Shown one piece after another: positions 16,768 to 25,241 of a stretch of 27,740 bases of DNA. A program made the position numbers and the translations under genes. A model generated the notes under the pieces. The model was not told the DNA's origin, did not search any database, and saw only the letters and a list, made by a program, of their open reading frames with translations. The stretch's first letter is position 1, and each line of letters begins with the position of its first letter. Source of the DNA: a virus (lineage: Duplodnaviria > Caudoviricetes); IMG/VR virus record IMGVR_UViG_3300006076_000419, positions 1 through 27,740 of that record. One strand, written 5' to 3'.

Positions 16768-17279
16768 CCGCCTGGCTCAAGCTGACCCCGGCCTGGGCAT
16801 GGTGGGCGCTCGCTCTCGCCGTTGTAGCTGGTTGGCAGCAGATTCGGGTGTCATCGGCTCAGTCTGTAGCCGCTGGTGCACAGCGCGAACTGGCCGACTA
16901 CCGCACCGATGTGGCCGAGCGCGACCGGCGTGCTGCCGTGTTCATCATTCAGGAAAACCAGCGGCGGCAGGCCGCAATCGAGAAGGCAGATGCAGATGCA
17001 CAGAAACAACTGGATCAAGCTTGCTCTGCTGCTGCCCGTGCTGACAGCGCTCTTGAGCGCCTGCAGCAGCGCCTCGCAGCCGCTGAGCAGCGCAGTCGTG
17101 ACGCCGGCAATTCCATCACTGCCCAACTCGGCCAGGCAGCCGAAGACACCGCCAGAGTGCGTGCCGACATGCTCGGCCGGCTTGGAGCGGCTGCTCAACT
17201 CTATGCTGGAGTCGCCGACCAGCGCGGAATAGCCGGGGTGGCGTGTGAGCGGGCGTATGACGGGGTGGCAGGTCGCTAA
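16764..17279 (+). CDS. Inner-membrane spanin (Rz-like, DUF2514-like)
   Basis: N-terminal TM helix, Ala/Gln coiled coil, C-terminal 'AGVACERAYD'. Confidence 0.85.
   Translation: MTAWLKLTPAWAWWALALAVVAGWQQIRVSSAQSVAAGAQRELADYRTDVAERDRRAAVFIIQENQRRQAAIEKADADAQKQLDQACSAAARADSALERLQQRLAAAEQRSRDAGNSITAQLGQAAEDTARVRADMLGRLGAAAQLYAGVADQRGIAGVACERAYDGVAGR
16990..17232 (+). CDS. Embedded outer-membrane spanin lipoprotein (Rz1-like)
   Basis: +1 frame inside the i-spanin; signal peptide with LSAC lipobox, Pro-rich mature part, CVPTC; GAGAAGG before the ATG. Confidence 0.8.
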   Translation: MQMHRNNWIKLALLLPVLTALLSACSSASQPLSSAVVTPAIPSLPNSARQPKTPPECVPTCSAGLERLLNSMLESPTSAE

Positions 17280-17485
17280 TCTGCCGCCAGGCACTCCAGC
17301 GCAAACTGAACGGGGTACGGCGCGGCGCGGTAGCTATCGCTGGTCTCGGCGCTCAGGTAGTAGCGCATTACCCGGTCGCTGATGCCGAGCAGCTGCGCCG
17401 CCTGCCGCTGGGTCAGCCCTGTTTTTTCCAGCAGCCCGCGCAGGTAGCGCGGGTCTGGGTTGTGGAGGGAGGCATCAGGCTTCAT
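17276..17485 (-). CDS. Small XRE/Cro-type HTH protein
   Basis: MKPDASLHNPDPRYLRGLLEKTGLTQRQAAQLLGISDRVMRYY HTH pattern; overlaps upstream gene end. Confidence 0.8.
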   Translation of the reverse strand: MKPDASLHNPDPRYLRGLLEKTGLTQRQAAQLLGISDRVMRYYLSAETSDSYRAAPYPVQFALECLAAD

Positions 17486-17681
17486 ACGGGATAAAGCGCT
17501 CATTGGTCATGATGCAGCTCTCCATGAGCGGCTCGCCCTCCAGCCAATCCAGCATCACCGTCGCGTGCAGGATGGTGTAGCTGCCATCTTCGTTCTCAAC
17601 GACGTCAGTACCTGCCTTGAGCCAGCAGAGCTGATCTGCGACGTGGCCTTTGATGTCTTTGGTTACGGTGATCTTTCTCAT
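17475..17681 (-). CDS. Hypothetical 68-aa acidic protein co-transcribed with the HTH gene
   Basis: AGGAG RBS; overlaps HTH start. Confidence 0.7.
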   Translation of the reverse strand: MRKITVTKDIKGHVADQLCWLKAGTDVVENEDGSYTILHATVMLDWLEGEPLMESCIMTNERFIPYEA

Positions 17682-17728
17682 GGTGTCTCTCCTGATTTCG
17701 CCTCGCCGTTGTGGCTGGCATGGGTGTT

Positions 17729-17757
17729 ATCATAGGAACATTGTTCCAGTCGCGCAA
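17729..17757 (-). promoter_or_regulatory. Sigma70 promoter with palindromic operator in the spacer
   Basis: Minus strand TTGCGC-17 nt-TATGAT; GGAACA-T-TGTTCC at 17735-17747. Confidence 0.7.
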
Positions 17758-17824
17758 TAGGCATAACGCGCCGTTCGTCGGGTTCGCTTTGCGGGAGAGT
17801 AGTTGCCCAGGACGGGCGAGACAG

Positions 17825-17844
17825 TGATACCAATTCTGATACCA
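17825..17844. repeat. Candidate integrase arm-type sites (TGATACCA x2)
   Basis: Direct repeats at 17825-17832 and 17837-17844; further copies at 18008-18014 and inverted at 18187-18194. Confidence 0.6.
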
Positions 17845-17935
17845 CTTGGTGAGTTCCGTTGTGTTCGAATGGGTTTGAAGTGCCCGTTTTACGCGGGTTT
17901 CAAACCCATAGAAACCCGCTGAAACGCATGCAAAG

Positions 17936-17965
17936 TTGCATGGTGATGTTAGCGGTGGAAATCAA
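17936..17965 (-). pseudogene. Stranded 5' fragment (MISTANITMQ) of an ABC-F ATPase (YbiT-like) gene, marking the attachment site
   Basis: Reverse complement TTG ATT TCC ACC GCT AAC ATC ACC ATG CAA with AGGT RBS; recalled family N-terminus continues FG, but the sequence diverges here at the palindrome CATGCAA-AG-TTGCATG (17927-17942). Confidence 0.75.
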
Positions 17966-17975
17966 AGGACTTACC

Positions 17976-17988
17976 TATCAATAACTTG
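17976..17988 (+). promoter_or_regulatory. IHF consensus site
   Basis: TATCAATAACTTG is an exact WATCAANNNNTTR match next to the att core. Confidence 0.65.
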
Positions 17989-18340
17989 AGGTGCGCTGTT
18001 TAAAGGGTGATACCGCTTTCGAGCCTTTCAGCCCGAACCGAACCGAGGAAGACGAACCTGCGCATATGAGTGAACGCTACGCCCCTGCCGGCAGACGAGC
18101 CGATAAGGCTGGTGAGGCATGGGGGGAGTGTCGGGCATCGTGGCGCCGGTTGCCCTCGGTGGACGGGGCGGCGTCGAAGCGCGCAATGGTATCACTTGGC
18201 ACTTCGAACCACAGCCCGTCATGGGCCGCTCGAGATAAAAGGTGGCGAGGCAGCGGTCATTTTAGTGATCACCGCTAGCTGAACAGGGCGAGGTGGCACG
18301 ACCTGACTCGCCAGGCTGGTGCTTCACAAGCTGAAAAATT

Positions 18341-18359
18341 TGTAATAAGAATGATTCGC
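18341..18359 (+). promoter_or_regulatory. Putative Fur box
   Basis: TGTAATAAGAATGATTCGC, 12/19 to GATAATGATAATCATTATC, upstream of an iron-starvation ECF sigma. Confidence 0.65.
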
Positions 18360-18426
18360 TATTAATGTTCGCAGCGGTCGCCATGCTCCTTCATGGTGTT
18401 TTCAGCCTGCTGGTATGGGCCGCTTT

Positions 18427-18945
18427 ATGTCATCGTCCGAAACCGATTCGACCATTCCCCTTGAGGTGCTGTACGGCACGCATCAAGGCTGGCTGCATGG
18501 CTGGCTGCGGCGTTCGGTCGGCTGTTCGCAGCAGGCGGCGGATCTGGTTCAGGACACCTTTCTGCGTCTGCTGGTGCGTGATCATCCTGTCGACAATCGG
18601 GCGCCTCGTGCCTTGCTGGCGCGTATCGCACGTGGCCTAGTGATCGATCACTGGCGGCGCGATGCGTTGGAGCGCGCGTATCTCGAAGCCTTGGCGCTGT
18701 TGCCCGAGGCGGGCCATCCGTCGCCGGAGGTTCGCTACGAGGCCTTACAGTCCCTGGAGCGCATCGCGCAGTTGCTTGAAGGGTTGAAGCCCGCCGTGCG
18801 CGAGGCGTTTCTGCTGTATCAGCTCGGCGGCCTCAACCATACGCAGGTGGCGCGGCAACTGGGCGTTTCCAGTCGTACCGTTGAGCGCCATGTAGCCCAC
18901 GCCTTGTTGCATTGCTATCGCCTGTGCTTCGAGGCTGCGCCGTGA
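18427..18945 (+). CDS. FecI-like ECF sigma factor
   Basis: 'HQGWLHGWLRR..GC...AADLVQDTFLRLL', 'IARGLVIDHWRR', region 4 'VARQLGVSSRTVER'. Confidence 0.93.
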   Translation: MSSSETDSTIPLEVLYGTHQGWLHGWLRRSVGCSQQAADLVQDTFLRLLVRDHPVDNRAPRALLARIARGLVIDHWRRDALERAYLEALALLPEAGHPSPEVRYEALQSLERIAQLLEGLKPAVREAFLLYQLGGLNHTQVARQLGVSSRTVERHVAHALLHCYRLCFEAAP

Positions 18946-19862
18946 TGGCCGCCAGGCAGCCTTCCGAGTCTATCGTCCGTGCGGCCATCGAATGGCAGAT
19001 GCGCCTGCGCGCCGAGCCTGCCAGCGCCGAGCTGCAACGCCAGTTGCATGACTGGCTGGCGCAGGACGAACAGCACGACCAGGTCTGGCAACGCCTGCAG
19101 CAGATGGCCGGGCTGTTTCAGCTGAATCCGCTGGGCGATGCGGCGCAGGCCATCCCCTTGTTGCAGCGGGCCGAGGCGGATCTGAGCCGGCGGCGCATGC
19201 TCAAGCTGCTTGGTCTGACGGCTGGTAGCGCCACGCTGCTGGCGGCGGCCTCGGTACCGGTGTGGCGCGCTGACTTCGCCACGGCCACCGGCGAAACACG
19301 GCGCTTCGAGCTGCCGGGTGATGTCGAGGTGCTGCTTAACACGGGTAGCGCGATCGATTTTCACGGCCAGAAACTCTCGTTGCGTAGCGGCGAGGCGCTG
19401 GTCGAGGGCGAGCACTGGCAACTGCGCTGTGCCTTTGCCGAATGCGTGGGGCACCGCGCGCGGATGTCGGTGCGCGAGTATGACAACCGCAGCGAGATAC
19501 GAGTCGAGCAGGGTGAGGTGCAGGTTCGCGTCGCCGCAGGGCAGCACCAGTTGCAGGCGGGCGAGGGGCTGGCGGTATCGGCGAGGGGTATGATCCCGCT
19601 GGGGCGAAGCGCGCTCGACCCCTTCGCCTGGACACGTGGGCTGCTGGTGGTAAACGACATTCGCCTGGCGGATTTTCTCGCCGAGGCCGGGCGCTACCGG
19701 CACGGTTGGCTGGGCTGCGATCCGGCGGTGGCCGATCTGCGCCTGTCCGGTGTGTTCCGCCTCGCTGAGCCCGAGCTGATGCTGCGCAACATCACCCATC
19801 TGTTGCCGGTGGCGCTGGTCGAGCGAACCCGTTGGTGGGTGCGCGTTGTGCCTGTCGCATAA
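18945..19862 (+). CDS. FecR-like anti-sigma/transmembrane sensor
   Basis: 'AAIEWQMRL', 'ADFATATGE', 'LLNTGSAID', 'AWTRGLLV', 'LRLSGVF'; TGATG coupling. Confidence 0.92.
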   Translation: MAARQPSESIVRAAIEWQMRLRAEPASAELQRQLHDWLAQDEQHDQVWQRLQQMAGLFQLNPLGDAAQAIPLLQRAEADLSRRRMLKLLGLTAGSATLLAAASVPVWRADFATATGETRRFELPGDVEVLLNTGSAIDFHGQKLSLRSGEALVEGEHWQLRCAFAECVGHRARMSVREYDNRSEIRVEQGEVQVRVAAGQHQLQAGEGLAVSARGMIPLGRSALDPFAWTRGLLVVNDIRLADFLAEAGRYRHGWLGCDPAVADLRLSGVFRLAEPELMLRNITHLLPVALVERTRWWVRVVPVA

Positions 19863-19914
19863 AAAATTTGTCGGACTTTGGCGGCTCATCCGGTTAGGGG
19901 TGATCACTCCCTGA

Positions 19915-22296
19915 ATGGATACCCTCATGCGCTCTACCTGCTCTCTGCCGTCGCGCCTGCAACCGCGCAAGCTGTCCACTGCCATCTGTATCGCCCTGGC
20001 GCTGTGCGGCGTTGCCACCAGCCCCGCGTTGCTGGCGGCCGAGCCGACGCCACGTGCCGCCGCTGCTGATGTACCGAGCGGGTCGCTGGATCAAACGCTG
20101 AGCCTCTATGCCGAGCGGGCTGGCATTACCTTGTCGTACTCGCCGGAGACAGTCCGCGGGCGGGTAAGCCCCGGCTCGGCAGGCGCACAGTCGGTCGCGG
20201 AAGGCTTGTCACAGATTCTGGGCGGCACCGGGCTGGTGGCCGAGAAGACCGCGTCCGGCTATGTGGTGCGGCCGCTACGCGCCGATGACAGCTACCAGCT
20301 GCAGCCTGTGACCGTCGAGGCCGCGCCGACGCAAAGCGCTTTCGCGCCGCTGCCGGGTTATTTCGCCAGTAATGCCAGCACGGCGACCAAGACCGATTTG
20401 CCGATTCTGCAGACCGCGCAGAGCATCAGTGTGGTCACCGCCGGGCAGATCGCCGATCGCAAGGTCGATCGCGTCGAAGACGCCGTGGCCTACAGCGCTG
20501 GCGTGCGTACCGGCGGCTCGGGGCTCGATCCGCGCTTCGATCAGATCAACATACGCGGCTTCGACACCACCATGTCCGCTGACTTCCTCGACGGTCTGCG
20601 CCAGCCCTACAACGGCTGGTTGTCGATCTACGGCACGGAGGCCTACGCCCTGGAGCGCATCGAGGTGCTAAAGGGCCCAGCGTCGGTGTTGTACGGGCAG
20701 ATCAGCCCCGGCGGCATGGTCAACCGGGTGAGCAAGCGGCCCAGCCTGCAGGCGAAGAATCAGGTGGAAATCCAGGCTGGCAATCATGATCACCGGCAAG
20801 GGCAGTTCGATGTCGGCGGCAAGCTGGACGAGGCGGGCGACGTGCTGTTTCGCACCGTCGGCGTCTATCGTGACGCCCACTACGACATCGAACAGCTGAA
20901 CAATGATGTGCGCATGCTGGCGCCGTCGCTGAGCTGGCAGATTGATCCGGCCACCAGCCTGACCCTGCTGGCGCAATATCAGGAGCGCGAGACCGCCGCC
21001 TCGCCGATGCTCTATCACGACGGTAACCGCCTCACCGATTTCTGGCAGGGCGATGAGTACTTCGACAAGCTCGGCCAGCGTCAGTGGATCTTCGGCTACG
21101 AGTTCGAGCACGCCTTCAACGACACTTTCAGCCTGCAACAGAATCTGCGTTACGGCCAGTTGGACACCACCAACCAGTATCTGCAGCCCAACGGTACGAT
21201 CACCAACGGGGTGATGGAGCGTTATGCCGTCGGTGTATACGAGGATATGGAGTCGGTGAGCAGCGATACTCGCCTGGTCAGCCGTTTCGCCACTGGCGAG
21301 CTGCAGCACACCCTGCTGACTGGCTGGGATTACGCCTGGTTCGACAGCTCGGTGCTCTACGCCACCGGGCCGGCGCCGTCGATCGACATCAACGCACCGG
21401 ATTATCACCAGCCGGTCAGTCGTCCCGGCAACTTGCTGGCTGACCAGGACAGCCTGACCCAGCGTAGCGGCATCTATCTGCAGGACCAAATCGAGATCGA
21501 CCGCTGGCGTCTGTCGGCCGGCGTGCGCCGCGACTGGGTGCATGTACGAACCAGCGACAACCTGAGCGATAGCAATAGCAAGCGCAGTGAATCTGCTACC
21601 ACCTATCAACTGGGGGCGCTGTACCTGTTCGACAATGGGTTGGCGCCCTATGCCAGTTATGCCGAGTCTTTCCTGCCACAGAGCGGCAGCAGCGCTGCGG
21701 GCCCGCTCAAACCTACCGAAGGCAAGCAGTACGAGATCGGCCTCAAGTACCAGCCGCCTGGCACCAGCGCACTGTTCACCGCGTCGCTCTATCACCTGAC
21801 GCAGGAGAACGTGTCGACCCGCGACCCACTCGATCCGCTCAACACCGTACAGACCGGCGAACAGGTATCACGTGGTCTGGAGCTGGAGGCCGTGGCCGAC
21901 CTCAGCGAGCGCCTGCATCTGACAGCCAGCTATAGCTACAACGACCCCGAGGTGACCAAGAGCAACGATGGTAACCAGGGCAAGGACCCGAAAGACACGC
22001 CGCGCCACATGGCGGCGCTGTGGCTCGACTACAAGCTACCGTTCGGTCTCGGTTTCGGTGCGGGCGCGCGTTACACCAACAGCGTCTACGGCAACAACAT
22101 GAACACGGTGAAAAGCGAGGACTACACCTTGTTCGATGCCGGGGTGCACTACGACTTCGCTGGCGATCTGGACGGTGTGCGTCTAGCCGTCAATGCCCGC
22201 AACCTGACCGACAAGCAATACGTCAACTGTCAGGACGGCTATTGCTATCGTGGCGAGGCGCGCAGCGTGATCACCAGCCTGAGTTACAGCTGGTGA
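19915..22296 (+). CDS. TonB-dependent siderophore receptor/transducer (FhuA/FoxA-like) with N-terminal signalling domain
   Basis: Signal peptide, STN-like domain, 'TATKTD..I..TAQSISVVT', 'ERIEVLKGPASVLYGQ..PGG.VN', 'NLTDKQY', C-terminal W; start could be 19927. Confidence 0.93.
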   Translation: MDTLMRSTCSLPSRLQPRKLSTAICIALALCGVATSPALLAAEPTPRAAAADVPSGSLDQTLSLYAERAGITLSYSPETVRGRVSPGSAGAQSVAEGLSQILGGTGLVAEKTASGYVVRPLRADDSYQLQPVTVEAAPTQSAFAPLPGYFASNASTATKTDLPILQTAQSISVVTAGQIADRKVDRVEDAVAYSAGVRTGGSGLDPRFDQINIRGFDTTMSADFLDGLRQPYNGWLSIYGTEAYALERIEVLKGPASVLYGQISPGGMVNRVSKRPSLQAKNQVEIQAGNHDHRQGQFDVGGKLDEAGDVLFRTVGVYRDAHYDIEQLNNDVRMLAPSLSWQIDPATSLTLLAQYQERETAASPMLYHDGNRLTDFWQGDEYFDKLGQRQWIFGYEFEHAFNDTFSLQQNLRYGQLDTTNQYLQPNGTITNGVMERYAVGVYEDMESVSSDTRLVSRFATGELQHTLLTGWDYAWFDSSVLYATGPAPSIDINAPDYHQPVSRPGNLLADQDSLTQRSGIYLQDQIEIDRWRLSAGVRRDWVHVRTSDNLSDSNSKRSESATTYQLGALYLFDNGLAPYASYAESFLPQSGSSAAGPLKPTEGKQYEIGLKYQPPGTSALFTASLYHLTQENVSTRDPLDPLNTVQTGEQVSRGLELEAVADLSERLHLTASYSYNDPEVTKSNDGNQGKDPKDTPRHMAALWLDYKLPFGLGFGAGARYTNSVYGNNMNTVKSEDYTLFDAGVHYDFAGDLDGVRLAVNARNLTDKQYVNCQDGYCYRGEARSVITSLSYSW

Positions 22297-23138
22297 GTGC
22301 GCTGAGCTGGCTGCGCGGCGCCGTGACGGCGCTGCTGCTGGGTGGCCTTGCCTCTGCCCAGGCCGACCAGGTCAATCTGGACGGTAGTGAACAATGGTTG
22401 ATGAAGAGTGCCGAGGGCCGTGACTACCGCATCATGGTCAGCCTGCCGGAGGGCGATGTGCCTTACACCGGCGGTTACCCGGTGGTCTATCTGCTCGACG
22501 GCAATGCCTACTTTCCGGCATTCCATGCCGCCAAGCGGGCACAAAAGCAATGGCGCAAGGCGGTTATCGTCGCCATCGGCTACCCCAGCAGCACGCCGCT
22601 GGATTTCGAGCGTCGCGCGTTCGACCTGTCGCCGCCGCAACTGCCCGAGCGCAATGATCCACCGCAGGGTGGCCAGGACCTGTTTCTCGATTTCATCGAG
22701 CAGCGCCTCATGCCTCGGGTCAACCAGCGCTTCAAGGTCGATCAGGACCAGGTCAGCCTCGTCGGCCATTCCTTCGGTGGCATGTTCGGCATCTACGCGT
22801 TGTTTACCCGGCCGCAGCTGTTCCAGCATGTGGTCGCCATCAGTCCCAGCCTGTGGTGGCGTGACCGCTACCTGCTGGAGCATGAGCGGGCATTCACCAA
22901 ACGAGCGCGTGCAGGAGAACTGGATCTGACCCACCGCAGCCTGAGCATGTGGGTGGGCGACCGTGAAATGCCGCAGGAAATTCAGGATGTGCGCTCACTG
23001 CAGCTGCGTCTGGAATCCCTCTCGCAGTACGGTCTGCGCAGTGATTTCCAGCTAGAGGCGGGCGAGGACCATATGTCGATCCCGTTTCGTGTCACTACCC
23101 GGGGGCTGGAAGAGCTGATGAGCACGCGGCGCTACTGA
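22293..23138 (+). CDS. Periplasmic siderophore esterase (IroE/BesA-like alpha/beta hydrolase)
   Basis: GTGA overlap; signal peptide; 'YPVVYLLDGN', 'GHSFGG', 'SPSLWW'. Confidence 0.88.
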   Translation: MSALSWLRGAVTALLLGGLASAQADQVNLDGSEQWLMKSAEGRDYRIMVSLPEGDVPYTGGYPVVYLLDGNAYFPAFHAAKRAQKQWRKAVIVAIGYPSSTPLDFERRAFDLSPPQLPERNDPPQGGQDLFLDFIEQRLMPRVNQRFKVDQDQVSLVGHSFGGMFGIYALFTRPQLFQHVVAISPSLWWRDRYLLEHERAFTKRARAGELDLTHRSLSMWVGDREMPQEIQDVRSLQLRLESLSQYGLRSDFQLEAGEDHMSIPFRVTTRGLEELMSTRRY

Positions 23139-23219
23139 GTAGAGTCGTATCCGGTGCTGAGCAGGGTGTGCAGGGGGCCTGATCGGGCTGATTCAGCACC
23201 CATGCATAGACTAGGCGAC

Positions 23220-23301
23220 GGCTGGCGCGTGTGCGAGCAGTAGGCAAGCTGCCGCACAGCGCCATGCAAGGTAGCTACAGTCTGAGCTCGCTGCGCCTGG
23301 C
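23220..23301. repeat. Direct repeat copy A (remnant of a qslA-like 3' end)
   Basis: 66/82 ungapped identity with 26392-26473; minus strand reads ARRSELRL*. Confidence 0.85.
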
Positions 23302-23326
23302 GTATTCGTCAGGCTTTGCAACGGGG

Positions 23327-24049
23327 TCAATTGTTGAACAGGGGCAGATAGCCGAGTTCGACGAGCTTCGTGTCCAGCGTACCGACAATTCGGAAGTGCT
23401 CTCTATTGCGTTCATCCATAACCTGGGCGCAGCTCACCAAAACTGTGCCGCGGCCCGGTATGTCAATCAGTTCATCCGCATCCGGAAAGTCGCTGGCCTT
23501 TAGCGAGTGCGGGCAAAAACCGATCCAGCCGATGGTTTGCCGTTCGTTGAAGGTCTGGCCATCTAGGTAGTACCTGCCGGGGGCGATCACCCCCCAATCG
23601 ATTTCGGGCCAGATGGATACCGCTTGTCGCAGCATTTCCACCAACACCGGACGTGGGTTCTCGATTGCTGAAACCAGAGCACCGGCATCTTCGAAATCCA
23701 TGCTGGATATGGACTCCATGTCGTGTGCGTCGTAACTGAAAGCCAGACCCCCTTGCAGCGGATCTTCCTGTCCATTCCACACGGATAGCGACAGCCATGA
23801 CGGATACTCGGCGTCGAAACTTGCGGCTGCAGCCGTGGACAATGCTTGAGGAGCGCTCAGGACGTCATTGCTCAATGCGTCCTGAACTGAGGCGCCTTGT
23901 AGATACCATTTACCAAGAAGTGGATGTAATTGGCCCAAGGTACTCAGGTAATAGCGTATGCGTTCCAACTGCTCCTCATGGGAGACCGTGGCGATCGCGT
24001 GTTTGTTGAAGCGCATCTTGAATACAAAGGACCGGAAAGAACTTGCCAT
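23327..24049 (-). CDS. Imm52-family immunity protein (TsiT-like)
   Basis: Downstream of REase toxin; 'HPLLGKWYLQG', 'SVWNG', 'RQTIGWIGF'. Confidence 0.75.
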   Translation of the reverse strand: MASSFRSFVFKMRFNKHAIATVSHEEQLERIRYYLSTLGQLHPLLGKWYLQGASVQDALSNDVLSAPQALSTAAAASFDAEYPSWLSLSVWNGQEDPLQGGLAFSYDAHDMESISSMDFEDAGALVSAIENPRPVLVEMLRQAVSIWPEIDWGVIAPGRYYLDGQTFNERQTIGWIGFCPHSLKASDFPDADELIDIPGRGTVLVSCAQVMDERNREHFRIVGTLDTKLVELGYLPLFNN

Positions 24050-24058
24050 GCTGGCTCC

Positions 24059-24865
24059 TTAGGCAATCAGATCGGGATTATCCCGGTAGTACTCGTCGAA
24101 TTCGCGTTGTTCACGCTCACGGTGTTCTTGGTATTCGTCGTGCTCAGGGGTGTTCGGCATAGGATTCCAGAAGGCGGTCAGATTGGTCAGACCCAAGCGG
24201 CGATATTGACTGGAGCAGTGCTCGTAGACGATGCGCTGGAGAAAGTGCCATTCGACTCTGACGGGGGGTGTAGGCCTCGCCTTGGCCGAGTGGCGGCGCG
24301 CCGGGTCTACAAGGACTGATTTGACCGGTGCCCAGGGCTTTGGAACACCCAGCAAAGGTACAAACATGAAGGCGTAGTTGGCCTTGGCCTCCAGTAGGGT
24401 ACAACGCGGTTCTTCGAATCCATCCCACCAGGTTTCGTTCCATCGCCATTCGTAAGGCGGAGGAAATCCGGTTACCCAGGCCTGGTATCGCGAAGACAGA
24501 GCCGACATGGAGTGGCCTTTGCCGTTGTTGGCTACAGCCATGGCGCCCTCTGTGGGAGGACAATCAATGCATTCGTCGTCTCGTTCTGCATCGCAGGTGC
24601 GTGTGCGCTCGTCCGCCTTGTCAGCAGTACGCGTTTGCGGCAGTACCTGAGGCTGTGGAATGGGGCGTGGAATGGGCCGAGCTCCCGACTGGGGAAGTGT
24701 CTCTGGCACAGGGCGAGGGGATGGCCGAGCTGTAGGCATTGGAAGGCGGGGAGCCGGTGGGCGGGCCAGAGGCATACCCGGCCCGAACCGAGGTGTCGCG
24801 CGAAGCCCCATGGTTGCGCCGGGACTACCCAGCGCGGTTCCTGCAGCGGTGATCAAACCACCCAT
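24059..24865 (-). CDS. Tox-REase-5 nuclease effector (TseT-like)
   Basis: 'CIDCPP', 'RYQAWVTG', 'EW...WWDGF....C.LLEAKANY' PD-(D/E)xK-type motif; Pro-rich N-terminus. Confidence 0.82.
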   Translation of the reverse strand: MGGLITAAGTALGSPGATMGLRATPRFGPGMPLARPPAPRLPMPTARPSPRPVPETLPQSGARPIPRPIPQPQVLPQTRTADKADERTRTCDAERDDECIDCPPTEGAMAVANNGKGHSMSALSSRYQAWVTGFPPPYEWRWNETWWDGFEEPRCTLLEAKANYAFMFVPLLGVPKPWAPVKSVLVDPARRHSAKARPTPPVRVEWHFLQRIVYEHCSSQYRRLGLTNLTAFWNPMPNTPEHDEYQEHREREQREFDEYYRDNPDLIA

Positions 24866-24878
24866 ATCCGACTCCTTG

Positions 24879-25241
24879 TCAGTTCCATGTGGCGTTCTTA
24901 AGCTTCCAGACGAACCTCATCACGCTCTGATAGTCCTTGAAACGTTGCTCAGGCGAGTCATCGACCGGGCGTGTCATCCAAGACACGAACGCATCATCTC
25001 TGTGAAAGTCTGGGAACATGAGCCCGTAGCGCATGAAGTCCTCTGTCGACTGAGGATCGGTTAGTCCGAACTCCTCGGCGTACCGTCGATATCTGGCCAG
25101 GTAGCTCGTGCCTCCCGTGAGGCCGTGCTGAGCAAACCAATTCGGATCCTGTGCCCGCACCTCCAGGAGCAACTTCTCGATGACTTCGTCGCGGCGTACT
25201 GAGTCAAGCTTTGCTATCTGCTCGCTCGACAGTTCAAGCAT
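24879..25241 (-). CDS. Putative co-chaperone (co-TecT-like)
   Basis: MLELSSEQ..., located between DUF4123 gene and effector as in the P. aeruginosa tseT operon. Confidence 0.6.
   Translation of the reverse strand: MLELSSEQIAKLDSVRRDEVIEKLLLEVRAQDPNWFAQHGLTGGTSYLARYRRYAEEFGLTDPQSTEDFMRYGLMFPDFHRDDAFVSWMTRPVDDSPEQRFKDYQSVMRFVWKLKNATWN

Larger units (their letters stand above)
1..17942 (+). mobile_element. Prophage right arm (siphovirus-like morphogenesis, DGR, lysis), ending at an att-like junction; left part lies outside the window
   Basis: Co-oriented run connector-adaptor-tail tube-chaperone-tape measure-tail tip-fibre-endolysin-spanin, no sheath gene recognised; att-like features at 17825-17988. 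Confidence 0.93.

Noticed and set aside
17991-18282. Short ORFs right of the att site
   Set aside because: No recognisable motifs or convincing RBS; region better explained as att arm/intergenic DNA
18915-21795. Long antisense ORFs (18915-20018, 20668-21795)
   Set aside because: Shadows of GC-rich codon usage opposite well-supported fecR and receptor genes
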